From positions 96,129,024 to 96,193,023 of the forward strand of contig NC_068988.1 in the NCBI RefSeq assembly GCF_001194135.2: a DNA stretch of 64,000 bases. The letters run 5' to 3'. This document shows positions 37,844 to 49,599 of this stretch, piece after piece. The notes beneath the pieces were generated by a model. That model was given only the letters and a program-made list of their open reading frames with translations, made no database searches and had not been told where the DNA came from. The stretch comes from Octopus bimaculoides (lineage: Eukaryota). A program made the translations under genes and the position numbers. Position 1 is the first letter of the stretch. Every line of letters starts with the position of its first letter.

Positions 37844-38846
37844 GTAAGAGAGCAGTCACTGATTATAGAACCATTTTCTGGTTAGAAGTTAGGATTTTCT
37901 TTATGCTACCATTTTTTTGCGTTTTTTTTTGCGTTTTCTCGGGTTCCACGCCATATTTAAAATTCTTAGTTCAGAATGAAGAGTGGTCTGTGTCTGAAGA
38001 ACATGTTTAGATTTTCAAACACGTGGAACAATTTGTAGCACCCGAAGACGTATTGTGACCCTTAAACAACAACATTTGACTCACCAGATGGAGTGACTCT
38101 CTTTGTTGAATCATACCACTGATCAATACATTATATACACACACACACACAGAGTTCTTACTCTGTGCTTTTTGAAATACTAAGTGACTAATTTGGTCAC
38201 TTAGTCAACAGATGCTGTTACCCTAGAAGTACTCTTGTAGGGTACTTATGGGGTGCCCTACAGTTATTTGAAAGGATCTATTTTAACAGTGTTCTTACTG
38301 TTGATTTCTCCTACATATCTGCTGCATACAAAGTTATTTTCTGTCCGCCTGCCTGTACTTCCAGTGCATCCATTTTGTATCCACATAAGGGTACTTGCTG
38401 GGGGTATGTGTTAAGTTTACTTTTGGCTCTGTTTTGCTTCCACATTTGGAATTTCTTCCCTCATTCTTCAATTGTTCTGCTATGAGAAAAAGATTATCAG
38501 CATACTGAAGATCTGAAGGAGAATTAATCTTAAAGTCTTCTGTTACTTCCTGGAGAACTGCAAGAAACAGGAAGCGTTTCAGAACTGAGCCTTGATAGAC
38601 ACCACCTGCTCACTAAAATTCCTCACAGAACTTGTTAATTTTCACCTTACTGATAGTGTTTCCTTACATACTTTGTACATGTCTTACTAGCCATTCTTGT
38701 ATACCTAGTTTTCATAGTGACTACCTGAGTACAAAGCAGGATACCCTAACAATGGCCATTTTCAATATTTGTCAGATGTGAAAAAATATTAAAGCTTTGT
38801 AATGTTTTCCTTATTTGCTGCTAATTTTACTTTCATTTTTTTTAAG

Positions 38847-38993
38847 GTCTTGACAGTACTTTGCGATCCTTCTCTCTTGTACATGATAAATACAATAAAA
38901 GTTTGGGACAAGCATCTTACTACAAGAAAAAATCCAAACGTGAAAAATTAAAAGATAAATATGTAATGTCACCAATCTTTGATTTTGCTGCAG
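38847..38993 (+). CDS. WDR36: WDR36 exon 9
   Basis: LDSTLRSFSLVHDKYNKSLGQASYYKKKSK...PIFDFAA; taag acceptor. Confidence 0.94.
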
Positions 38994-39074
38994 GTAAGTG
39001 GAAAGTTTTCATTGGTTCACCTGTATTTTAAGTCCAGCTTTCACAAAACCAGATCTGCTTGAAACCTAATCACA

Positions 39075-39640
39075 TGTGGGCTCTCACCCTCAAGTTGTTT
39101 GTTGAAAGCATTGTTGTTGCTATTGACATGAGCAAGGCTTTTGACTGTGTATGGAACGAAAAACTCCCTACCTCTCAGTTCCATCTTGCATCTTGGATTG
39201 GTAACTTCCTGTCAAACTGCACCATTCTGGTATTTGCCAATGGAACTCATTCTCACTTACTCTCTATCAACTGTGGTTTGCCCCAGGGTTTGGTTTTGTC
39301 CCTCATCTGCATCAATAACTTCCTTGCCATCACTTGCAGCTGTGCATGTGATTCCTGCACCAAAACATCATTTATGTGTGAACTAACTGCGTCTTGTTAA
39401 ATTTGCAATGACTCCATGAGTGGACACCTCAAAGAAATCCTCCAATGTGATCATACCAATCTTGTACAAAGGCAGGAATTAGAACTCGGAAGATCACCGA
39501 AGATATCTTCTTTTGTAAATGCACATTTTCAGCATAACCAATACTGCAACACTAAGAATGTCCCCTCCCCTCCACTGCTCCACACTCACTGCTTTCTCCT
39601 CCCTTTCACACTCCTATTGTCCAACCCACTAGGCTTGACA
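39075..39640 (+). mobile_element. Degraded non-LTR retrotransposon reverse transcriptase fragment (CR1/L2/Jockey-like)
   Basis: VAIDMSKAFDCVW, WIGNFLSN, INCGLPQGLVLS, CINNFL correspond to RT motifs DxSKAFD and GVPQGSVLSP. Deletions and stops are present. Confidence 0.85.
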
Positions 39641-40185
39641 CTAACCACTTTTCCCAGGGCTCAGTCCCAGTCCCACCCCCATCATCATCATCATCATCAT
39701 TGTTTAACGTGTGTTGGATGGTTTAACCGGAGCTGGCCAGCCAGAGTTGTACCAGGCTCCAGTCTGATTCGGCTTCTATGGCTGGATGCCCTTTCTAATG
39801 CCAACCACTTTACAGAGTGTGCTGGGGGCTTTTAATGTGGCACAGGACTCTTTCAGTCCAATCTTCTTCACCAGGGGGAGCAGCCTTAACACTTATGCTA
39901 GAGGCAAGATGGAACAAGGGTGACTGATCTGGTCAGGTATTTACTTGTAGTAAACCCCAAGCTCTCAACAGTTAAATGGTGACGATATTCCCATATGGCT
40001 GCAGCTCTGCAGCTAAAATTGGTAAAAGAATCATTATAATGATGTCTTCTGGAATTCATCAAATGCAAACGAGAGCTGAACAATGTCTCAAACCGCTCTG
40101 AGTTTGACACCTATGCTGTATTATCAGGAACTCTGGCGTCTTATAAATCTTTTCAGTTTCATTTTGCAAAACGGTTTTATGTTAA

Positions 40186-40386
40186 CCGTTCAGCATGCAG
40201 GTTCCTCTCTCAAATGTAATGCTTATTTACATTTTGAATTAATCTTGCCATATATAATGGTTTCATGATGTGATTGGTTGCTTTTAGAATGGCATTGTAG
40301 GATAGGTGTGAGAAGCTAGATCTAGCCAGTTTGAACATCAAACAGAATATTTGAGCTGGGTATGCTTAGTTTAAATGCTAAAGGCT
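40186..40386. mobile_element. piggyBac-type MITE, decayed, opposite orientation to 231-451
   Basis: TTAA-CCGTTCAGCAT ... ATGCTAAAGGCT-TTAA. The internal sequence is the reverse complement of the 231-451 family. Confidence 0.65.
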
Positions 40387-40482
40387 TTAACATAAATATA
40401 CTCTCATTTTAATTTTTTTATTTCATTCTTTGAAAAAGCTCAAATTAAACCTTGTGAAATTGAATTATTTGTTAATCTTCAG

Positions 40483-40643
40483 AGGTTCGGCGTGAGAGTG
40501 ATTGGGATAACATTGTGGCCTGTCATCGAGGAAGTCATTTGGTGACAACATGGAGCTACCTGCGTTCTACCATGGGTGACCGTAAATTTGATGTGTACAA
40601 ACAAAGAAAAGAAGCCAAGGATGGTACAGATATCACAGCCACA
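40483..40643 (+). CDS. WDR36: WDR36 exon 10
   Basis: VRRESDWDNIVACHRGSHLVTTWSY...DITAT. Confidence 0.94.
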
Positions 40644-40814
40644 GTAAGTTGGTATATTTTTTGTTTTCCTTTAGACATGTTGCTATGGCAACTCACGTGC
40701 AGAATTAAACAAAAATAATAAGGTTTCTTTCAAGAGCTTAAACTGTTCTTTACATTATGGGGTTTTTAAATGATTAAATTAATTAATGGAGCCAATTTTT
40801 TATTTATTTTTTAG

Positions 40815-40929
40815 AGTGTCGGAATCACTTCATGTGGTAATTACTGCCTGCTTGGTTACAGTTCTGGCCATGTGGACGTATTCAACATACAGTCCGGAAT
40901 TTACCGAGGATCATATGGTGAAGAGAGAT
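40815..40929 (+). CDS. WDR36: WDR36 exon 11
   Basis: SVGITSCGNYCLLGYSSGHVDVFNIQSGIYRGSYGEER. Confidence 0.95.
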
Positions 40930-41228
40930 GTAGGTTTTTTACAAACGTTTTACGTGTACACACCTGCATGCACATACACACACATCAGTAAGACAGTGTC
41001 GTATAGCCAGCAGGAGACAATGCCTCCTGGGGCTAAATTACAGCAACATTCGTCCTAAACCAGGACTGCCATACTATGCTGGCAAACAATCTTTACTACA
41101 GAGTCAATCATGTTTGTTATTTTCTAAATTTGTAGTTTGACTTGTTCCTTATTCTCGCATGCTAAACACAAACTCAACCATGTCTTCTGACATTTTAATT
41201 TTCTGTGATATTTCTTTCCTTTGTGTAG

Positions 41229-41394
41229 GTCATGACGGTGCTGTGCATGGCATTGCTGTCGATGCCAATAACCAAATCACTGTCACAGCTGGAGCAGATG
41301 GAACATTGAAGTTCTGGAAGTTCAAGTCAAAACAACTTTTGAAAGAACTGAAACTCGACAGCTATATTTCCAAAATTTTACTTCATCGTGAAAG
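41229..41394 (+). CDS. WDR36: WDR36 exon 12
   Basis: HDGAVHGIAVDANNQITVTAGADGTLKFWKFK...LLHRE. Confidence 0.96.
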
Positions 41395-41884
41395 GTAAAT
41401 AAACCTCTGTGACTGTATATGTGAGATTATTGAGAGAGGAATTGGAACCATGGAGACAAGTTGGATATGAACCGAGAGGTGCATGTCTCATTTGTAACAC
41501 TTCACATGCAGATACAGGATTGTCAACCATCTAGTCCACTCTGCTGAGTGGTTGGTGTTAGGAAGGGCGTCCAGCTGAAAAAATCCTGCCAAAACAGTCA
41601 CAGAAGTCTGGTGCTGGCTTTGGCTTGGCCATCTCTTGTGGCACATTCCCACCCATACTAACATGAACATGGACGTTAAATGATGGTGGCGGCGGGGGCG
41701 GTTGTTAAGAAAACAAAATATTGAATATCCAAGCAAAATATTTAAAAACGTGGTTCAGGTTTCTCATCTTTGGAATAGATTTAAGATTGATTTGGTTCCT
41801 GTTGAGCTGCAGCAGATCAACATTTTCATCTTTTTTACAGTTGAAATTGTATAAGTTACTCTTTTGTGGATCATGTAGTTGCTT

Positions 41885-42090
41885 AACTTTATGTCTGGCT
41901 CCTGTGCTGGTGGCACCTAAAAAGCACCCACTACACTCTCAGAGTGGTTGGTGTTAGGAAGGGCATCCAGCTGTAGAAACAATGCCAGGTCAGATTGGAG
42001 CCTGGTGCAGCCATCTAGCTTTGCAGATCTCTGTCAAATCGTCCAACCCATGCCAGCATGGAAAACAGACATTAAACAATGATGATGTAG
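41885..42090 (+). mobile_element. Abundant RTE-3'UTR-related interspersed repeat (representative copy)
   Basis: AAAAGCACCCACTACACTCTC..GGAAGGGCATCCAGC..CCCATGCCAGCATGG..(GAT)n. Further copies at about 39680-39835(-), 41490-41700(-), 42320-42470(+), 42960-43050(-), 47160-47400(+), 48840-49275, 50290-50345(-), 55060-55200(-), 56222-56580(-) and 63030-63242(+). Confidence 0.85.
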
Positions 42091-42123
42091 GTTTATTGTT
42101 TTACTTTCTTCTAATTGTGACAG

Positions 42124-42232
42124 TTCCTTGTTAGCAGTTTCTCTCAACAACCTCTCAGTCTCAATAGTAGATTTACAGACGAAGAATGTGATTCGAGTTT
42201 TCTCTGACCACCAACATCAAATAACAGACATG
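42124..42232 (+). CDS. WDR36: WDR36 exon 13
   Basis: SLLAVSLNNLSVSIVDLQTKNVIRVFSDHQHQITDM|gtgagt. Confidence 0.93.
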
Positions 42233-42487
42233 GTGAGTGAAATGTTTCTTATATTTCATATTATTATTATTATTATTATTATGAATGCTGATACTAAGTT
42301 GTAAAAAGGACTTGTGTTGGTCTACATAAAAGGCACCCAGTACACTTTGTAGAATGGTTGGCATCAGGAAGGGCATCCAGCCAGAGAATCCATGTCTAAA
42401 CAAACAATTGGAGCCTGGTACAGCTCTCCAGCCATGCCAGCATGGAAAACGGATGCTAAATGATGATGGTTATTGTTATTATTATTA

Positions 42488-42883
42488 CAAGGGTGAATCA
42501 AAAAGTAAAGCCATTTCGTTTATAATTACAAACAGAGGAACATGTATCATACATCAAAATGAAGCTGGTCCTCTGTGGATCACATCCCTACTCCCCAACA
42601 TAGTCACCGTTTCTCTCAATAGCAATGTTCCACCTTCGAATAAGAGCATGTATCCCTGCCCCGTAAAATTCTGTTGACTGTTCTTTGAGCCACTTCTTCA
42701 CTACTTCCACACTTACCAGATTTAACGCCTTCAGACTATCATCTCTTCAGCCCCATGAAAGAGGGTTTGAGAGGTAAACATTATTCCAGTGACGAGAAGT
42801 GAATGCTGTATGATACATGTTCCTGTGTTGGTAATTATACCTGTCCTAAACAAAATGGCATTATTTTTTGACTCACACTCATT
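42488..42883. mobile_element. Mariner-derived rearranged MITE in WDR36 intron 13
   Basis: TA-CAAGGGTGAATCAAAAAGTAAAGCCATT and an inverted AATGGCATTATTTTTTGACTCACACTC. Internal transposase C-terminal relics on both strands. Confidence 0.8.
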
Positions 42884-43089
42884 GTTTGCAGACATGACAG
42901 ATTCAATAAGACGTTCGTTTTGCAACATTGTGGTTCCAGTTCAATCCCACTGCATGGCACCATGGCCAGATGTCTTCTACTTTGGCATGGTTTCTACAGC
43001 TGGATGCCCTTCCTAACACCAACCACTTTCTAGAGTGGACTGACTGCTTTTTATGTGGAACCAGCATTTATGTGATTTTCTTCTTGCAG

Positions 43090-43169
43090 ACTTTCAGTCC
43101 AGATGCTCGATGGTTGATAACATCTTCAATGGATTCACTTGTCCGAACATGGGACCTGCCATCAGGAAG
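43090..43169 (+). CDS. WDR36: WDR36 exon 14
   Basis: TFSPDARWLITSSMDSLVRTWDLPSG. Confidence 0.96.
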
Positions 43170-43309
43170 GTAAGGTTTTAATAAATACTTTTAGATTTTG
43201 ATGAGTAATTGATTGGTTTTTCATTTGCTGAGTTTAATTTTGTCAGTGGAGAAAGTCACTTATGATAGACTGGTTAATCTGTTCAAAATGGTATTTATCT
43301 CTTCTCTCC

Positions 43310-43441
43310 ATTGAAACTAGAAATTTCAATGATGCAGTTGTTTATTTTTAGAATATTGTAGGGTGGGTGTGAGAGGCTAGATCTGGCTGGTTTGAACATA
43401 AAACAGGTAAAATATTTGGGTTGAATTAAAATGTTAAAGGG
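43310..43441. mobile_element. Partial piggyBac-type MITE (one end)
   Basis: Ends ...ATGTTAAAGGG-TTAA. The internal sequence matches the 231-451 family in reverse. Confidence 0.65.
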
Positions 43442-43679
43442 TTAAATATACCCTAAGTCACAGGGACACCTTGTCTGACACAGAGACTAATTGATATTTC
43501 TTTTACCTGATCATTAAAAGCAATTATTTGAGCCTTGTGAAGTATCTAACTCTTAACCATTGTGGAGAAGGACATGTCATCATCATCATCATTTCATATC
43601 CAGGTTCCATGCTGGCATGCGTTGGATATTTGAAAATTTCATTAAAATCTGAATAATTTGTTTTAATTGGTTTGTTAAG

Positions 43680-43888
43680 GTTGATTGATTGCTTTGAAGT
43701 GGACACACCTGTATCTTCTGTGAGTATGTCACCAACTGGAATATTCTTGGCCACATCCCATATTGATGATATTGGTATCTACCTTTGGTCTAACAAATCA
43801 CTCTATCAACAGACATCACTCTCTGCATTATCTGACGATTTTGTACCAAAGTTAATTTCGGCACCAACAACTGGATATGCAGCAGAAG
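43680..43888 (+). CDS. WDR36: WDR36 exon 15
   Basis: LIDCFEVDTPVSSVSMSPTGIFLATSHIDDIGIYLWSN...GYAAE; taag acceptor. Confidence 0.96.
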
Positions 43889-44334
43889 GTATTATCCTCT
43901 TGTTAATATTTTTTTGTTATGAATTAAAATATTTTTATTAACTCCAATTTGGAGTTTGAACCTTTTTGGCTGTTAGTATTTTACATGTTTGCCATAGAGC
44001 ACAATCTTGGACAGGTGTTGATATTCCATCCTGGAAACGAATCCTGTTCTGCAAAGTTGTAACTTAGCGACATAACCTTATTATTGGTGACTTCTACCTT
44101 TTTGAAGACTTTTGAAGTTCTACAACCATGTAATTTCCCACTCAGCAGGTTAACGAGCCATATTTAATTAGAAGTTGTAACTTTTTTCCTTTCTCTGATG
44201 CCCTTGGGAAAGGCACACTCCTCCTGCAGGAAATAGAGCTGATTCTCTGTTCAAGAATGGTCAAACTGTTATCTTTATTCCACTGACCAGTGTAAGAATG
44301 AATATTTATCACAAGAAGTGTGTTTTCCAATCAT

Positions 44335-44815
44335 ATGGGTTCGGAATCAATCTCACTACACAGCAACGTTGACCAAAGCCTTTTGTCAGTGAATTTGGGA
44401 AACAGAAACTGAAAGAAGCCCAGCAAGTGTGTGTGTGTGTGGTTGAGAAACTTTCTTCCCAGCCACGTGATCTCCTGTTCAGTCCCACTGCACAGCACCT
44501 ATAACTCCAGGCTGACCAAAGCCTTGTCAGTGAATTTGGTTGACAGAAACTGAAAGAAGCCCATCATATCTCTATAACTATGTGTGTGTGTCTGTGTCTG
44601 TCCCCTTGTCTTGACATCATTTGATGGTTGTAAGCAAGCTTCATCATCATACAAGTGATGTTGCTTGTTTCCAGTTCTGTGTGAAAAACATGTCTGGCTA
44701 TTGGAAAATATTCCCTTACTTAGAAACAGGCAAGACTTGGTAACCGAAAGGGCATCTGGCTGATGAAATATCTGCCTCTCTAATATATTCTTCTGAACCC
44801 ATCTTAACATGGAGA
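44335..44815 (+). mobile_element. tRNA-related SINE family A (representative, partly duplicated)
   Basis: GTGGTTGAGAAACTTTCTTCCC..GTTCAGTCCCACTG..AAAGCCTTGT..GAAACTGAAAGAAGCCC..(GT)n. Other copies at about 34575-34795, 36755-37050, 48380-48730, 62470-62620(-) and 62880-62965(-). Confidence 0.75.
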
Positions 44816-44926
44816 AACACATAAAGCAAACAACCTTTACATTCTTCTCTTTGAAATTTAATATTAATTTTTGTTTCGTGTTTTACTTTCATTTTATATT
44901 TTATTTCTTATATTTTTTTTATTCAG

Positions 44927-45081
44927 CTTCTTCATTTTCTGAAGATGAAGATGAGGAACCCATAGATGATGATGATGAATCTCCCTTCAAGTCACCTGAC
45001 CAAATTAGTAACGAACTCATCACACTCTCTTTGATGCCAAACTCTCGGTGGAAGAATTTATTGAACTTGGATATTATCCGA
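44927..45081 (+). CDS. WDR36: WDR36 exon 16
   Basis: SSFSEDEDEEPIDDDDESPFKSPDQISNELITLSLMPNSRWKNLLNLDIIR. Confidence 0.95.
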
Positions 45082-45447
45082 GTAAGTCCTGCACTTGTCT
45101 GGTGCTAAATTATTTTACTCCCAAGAGTCAGAAAAACAATCAAAGACTACCCACATTTTCTGCTTGACTGTTGGTAATGACTGGTATTCATTAGTTGAGG
45201 ATAAGCTCTATTTGAGGAAAATAAATTATATTCCTGCTTCTTTACAAAAGACGTTCTTGAAGTGAGGTGGAATGTCTCCAACTGGGAATCGAAATGGACT
45301 CGGTTTGCATGGCTCTTACTCCTACACTCTGTCCCCCCCAATACTTTAGTTGTAAAAGATAATATATGGTGGTGTCCGGTCATCTTAAACAGGTTTGGGG
45401 TCAGCATTAAAGGCTTTCTTTTTGCCAAGCTTCACCCATTTATAAGT

Positions 45448-45627
45448 AATTATTTACATTTGACGGATATTTGTCCTCATCTTGTTTGTTGTTAACACAA
45501 TGTTTCGGTTGATATACCCTCCAGCCTTCATCAGGTGTCTTGGGGAAATTTCAAACCTGGGTTCTCATTCCTAAGGTATTTTTTGATGTTATTATTATTA
45601 TTCCGAGTTCGATTCCAGGCAGTGACC
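45448..45627 (-). mobile_element. Penelope-like pLTR/retrozyme-type repeat with minimal type I hammerhead ribozyme motif
   Basis: The - strand reads GACAC-CTGATGA-A-GGCTG-GAGGGTATAT-CAACC-GAAAC-ATT-GTGTT (45539 to 45494). A second copy at 51211-51325 has a deletion. Confidence 0.7.
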
Positions 45628-45734
45628 TCTTTGAGTGATCTAGAACCCCTGAATAATTGTGATGCCCTCTTCAACCCATGCCAGCAGGAAAAGCAGTCCT
45701 AAGGCACTGACGATGTTATCTATTTTTTTTTCAG

Positions 45735-45848
45735 TTGAGAAATAAGCCAAAACAACCGCCCAAAAAACCGAAAGCAGCACCATTTTTCTTACCCACAATT
45801 CCTGGCAATGACATCAAATTTGCTGTTGAGAAAGAAAAAAATCAGGAG
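45735..45848 (+). CDS. WDR36: WDR36 exon 17
   Basis: LRNKPKQPPKKPKAAPFFLPTIPGNDIKFAVEKEKNQE. Confidence 0.95.
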
Positions 45849-46251
45849 GTAAGTTTGTTTGGTTTTCCTTCTCCATATCTTTTTTTAAGAAGTAAAAGAT
45901 GATGATAATTATTGAAATTTAAATGTGACTTAGTATTTCATTTGCTTAGATATCTTCTTTGTATTTTAAAGAAATTACTGTTATTTTGTCAATTTAGACA
46001 TGATTTGACTTTTTATTTTAATATCAATTGTTGGATAATCATAGAAAGTTTTGGCTATTGAGAGAGAATTGTATTTTTATCCTTCCTTACTGGAACATTT
46101 TGCTGTATTTTGTAAAACCTTGATTGTGGTTTTATTATTTCTTCACTTCATTTCTTCGTTGAAGATGTGTGGAGAGCCTGGCACCAAACTGGTACTTGGA
46201 ATTCAGTCATATGCATAGATACATCTTTCATGTTTTCTTTTTTATGTGTAG

Positions 46252-46336
46252 ACAACGTCCCGAATATCTGTAGGGTTGAAAACACATTTATCAGAGACAG
46301 GAAAACTTTTACAGAATGCAAACAATGAAGATGATT
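46252..46336 (+). CDS. WDR36: WDR36 exon 18
   Basis: TTSRISVGLKTHLSETGKLLQNANNEDD. The 85-nt length gives the phase required by exons 17 and 19. Confidence 0.85.
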
Positions 46337-47769
46337 GTAAGTATATTTATATCTTCACTAGTTTTATCTGAGATTTAACTTTATTCTGTCACTGTCTCTC
46401 TTCATGTCAACTTATAGGCTGCTGTTACTCTAGGAATCTTTTTTACATTTTTTCTTGATGTATGCAAGAGAGGCAGAGACTTAGATTGGTCGATTCAAAT
46501 GGATGATATTTAACCTGCCAGGTGAAAATCTGCTGTATGCTGACTAGGTGGTGCCTTTGGCAGGTGAAAGTCAGATTTAATGCTGTTTAGTTTCCACAGC
46601 CAGGATGGTCAAATGTTGTATTGTGTTGTACCTTTCTGCAGATCCAGTCAACTGATGCTAATAGTTGGGGGGAAATAAATATTAAGTGACCTGACTCCTA
46701 ATAATTGTCATCATGGGATGTCAGCCTGTTTGTTGTTACATTGACCATTTGCCATGTTATACCATGCCTGTGTTGCAACTCAGTCGTTCACAGCCAAGAC
46801 AAGAAAGAAGCTGCCACTTGTAAAACAGGAGAAATTGTATAGTGACTGATACCTATTTTCACATCCTTCGATGTCAGTCAGAATAGTCAGGGGTTCTACA
46901 GTTGAATTTTACAATATTGGTCTTGTAGTTCAAATTTTACTTGCTTTCATTCTCTCATTTCCTTTTTCATATTCTCTGGGGTCAGTAATAATTGTACCAA
47001 ATTAAGTGGAGGGAAATAAGTTGAGTGTTTAAGGAGACTGGTTCTTTGATGTAGCAATTTGAATGACTTTCAATTTTGAAAGTGCAACGGAAAATTCTGA
47101 TTCCAATCAATAAAATAGAAATATTGGTTTAGTGCTGACTGATGATGATAAAATAATCCATCAAGCCAAGTGAAATCATAGTCGTGACAGATTCTGGTGT
47201 CATGCAACTGGAACTTGTGCTAGTGGCATGTAAACGCACCCATTACACTTTTGGAGTGGTTGGCATTAAGAAGGGCATCCAGAAGGGTAGACCATGTCAC
47301 ATCAAACAATTGGAGTGTGGACAGGCGCCCAGGCTGGCCAGCTTCTGTCATATTGTCCAACCCATGCCAGCATAGCAAGCAGACTTTAAACAATAGGTAC
47401 GATGATAGAATGTGTGTGTGTAACTTCAAAAAAGCTGATCGATGGAAATTGAAAGGAGGAACAATTTTAACAAAACTTTGAATTACATAAGAACAGAACA
47501 CAACAGACACCAACAGGCTTATCCAGCGCATAAAAACAATATCAGTAAATTACTGGTATATATGTACTTATAATAATAAAGGTTTTAAATTTAGGTACAG
47601 GGCTTGCAGTTTTGGGAAATGGGGTCGATTACATTGACCCCTCAACTGATACTTATTTTATCAACCCCAAAAGGATGAAAGGCAAAGTTGACCACAGCAG
47701 AATTTGAACTCGGAACACGTCAGCACACTGCCTTAATAATAATAATAATAATTTTTTTTTTTTTTCCAG

Positions 47770-47957
47770 ACTTAAAAATATTGGATGCTTTCAAAGAAAT
47801 GGGACCTTCTGCTATTGATCTAGAAATTCGAGGATTCGGTGTGGAAGATGGTGGTTCGGAGATTCTTATGTACCAGTTTCTCAAGTTTATAGAATATCTT
47901 TTAGACTCCAGAAAGAATTATGAACTTGCACAGTCTTATTTGGGGTTGTTTCTACAG
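47770..47957 (+). CDS. WDR36: WDR36 exon 19
   Basis: LKILDAFKEMGPSAIDLEIRG...YELAQSYLGLFLQ. Confidence 0.96.
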
Positions 47958-49599
47958 GTAATCCAGTTTCTGTTTTCATGGAAGAAAAGAATTTATGTAT
48001 GTATTTGTGTGTGCTTGTCCCTTCCACTTGACAACTGATGTTGGTTTGTTTATGTCCCCAATAAGTTAGCAGTTCAGCAAAAGAGATTGATAGAATACTG
48101 GAATCGATTCAGTCAAATAAAGAATTCTCCAGGGCGATGCCCCAGCATGGCCGCTCTCTAATGATAGAAAATTTATGTTTAGTCCCAGGTTAGCCCTAAT
48201 CAAGCAAGCTTATGATCAGTCTTTCCAGCCACGACCACAACAATAAGTTATCAGTTCTCATAGTGAAGTCTTGGCCTGATTATTTGTAACAGAATAGAAA
48301 CTGTCGAAAGTAGCCAAGGAGTAAGTGGTGGTGGCGGCCAGTGGATTTGTTACGATGCCTGGCACCTGATAACCACATCAGTGTAACAATGGCTGTGTGG
48401 TCAAGAAGCTTGCTTCCCAATCATGTGGTCTAGTGTTCTGTATTACTGCATGGCACCTTGGGCTAGTGTCTTCTATGATAGGTTCAGGCCAATCAAATTC
48501 TTGTGAATGGATTTTGTAGATAGAAACTGAAAGAAGCTTGTGTGTGTGTGTAGACATTACATGTTGGTTGTAAATGAGCATCACTGTCATACAAGTGGGG
48601 TTGTTTGGTTTAAATCTTGTGTAAGAAACCTGTTTAGCCATGGGGGAAAACTTTACTTTGCTTGGCAACAGGAGAGCCATTCAGCCATAGAATATCTGAC
48701 CCAGGGAAGCATGGAAAAGTGGGCGTTAAATGATGATATCAGTATGACAGGACACAAAATATTTTTATGATGCTGCTGCTACTGTTCTTTGTTGTGTAAT
48801 GCTTTGTGGTTATTTGGGCCATAGTGTGCTTATAACCATCATCATCATTTAATGTCTGTTGACCATGCTAGCATGGGTTGGACGGTTTGACTGAGGACTG
48901 GCAAGCCGGGAGGCTGCATCACGCTCCAATCTGATCTGGTAAGGTTTCTACAGCTGGATGCCCTTCCTAATCTTTGGAGATATGCTGTGCTTGAGAAGAC
49001 CCAGTAAACCAATTGAGATCATAGCTGTGGCCGGTGCTAGTGTCGCATGACTGGCTTGTTTAGAGGTACCCCTTCAATTGTCAGGCAATATGCTGTGCTT
49101 GAGAAGACCTGTTGAGCCAAGTGAAATTGTAGTCGTGGCCAATGCCGCCTGACTGGGTCCCATGCTGGGTGGCACGTAGAAAGCTCTGTTTGAGTGTGGT
49201 CCAAACCAGTGCTGACTGGCTGGCTTCTGTGCCGGTGCCATGTTAAAAGCACCCACTACACTTTCAGAGTGGTTGTGACTCTGCTCTGATTCCTGTTTAT
49301 TTCTTGTTTAAGGATGGATTTCAGCAAAATGATGTGCACTTTACATAATTTGTGTCACCCATTTATTAAATATGAGTTACACAATATTTTCATTTCTAAA
49401 TGCTGAAATTGTATTGAATTTATTATTTGTGAATGTGGCAATTTGTTTTTGGTAAGTGTTCATCATAATTGTTTTTCAGTTGAGTTGTATCCAAGTTAGT
49501 AGCAATTGTATTTTGTGTTGGCATTGGAACTAATACGATTTAGATATTTCTGAAGCATGATTATCTTTAAGATTTCTTCATTCTTTCTTTGTATTCCAG

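Noticed and set aside
39059-39835. 113-aa and 139-aa ORFs as host genes
   Set aside because: They are decayed LINE RT and repeat sequence inside WDR36 intron 9.
31971-49599. Intronic box C/D snoRNAs in WDR36 (expected for a ribosome-biogenesis host)
   Set aside because: No RTGATGA...CTGA pair with a terminal stem and suitable length was found by eye. A snoscan/Infernal run would be needed to exclude them.
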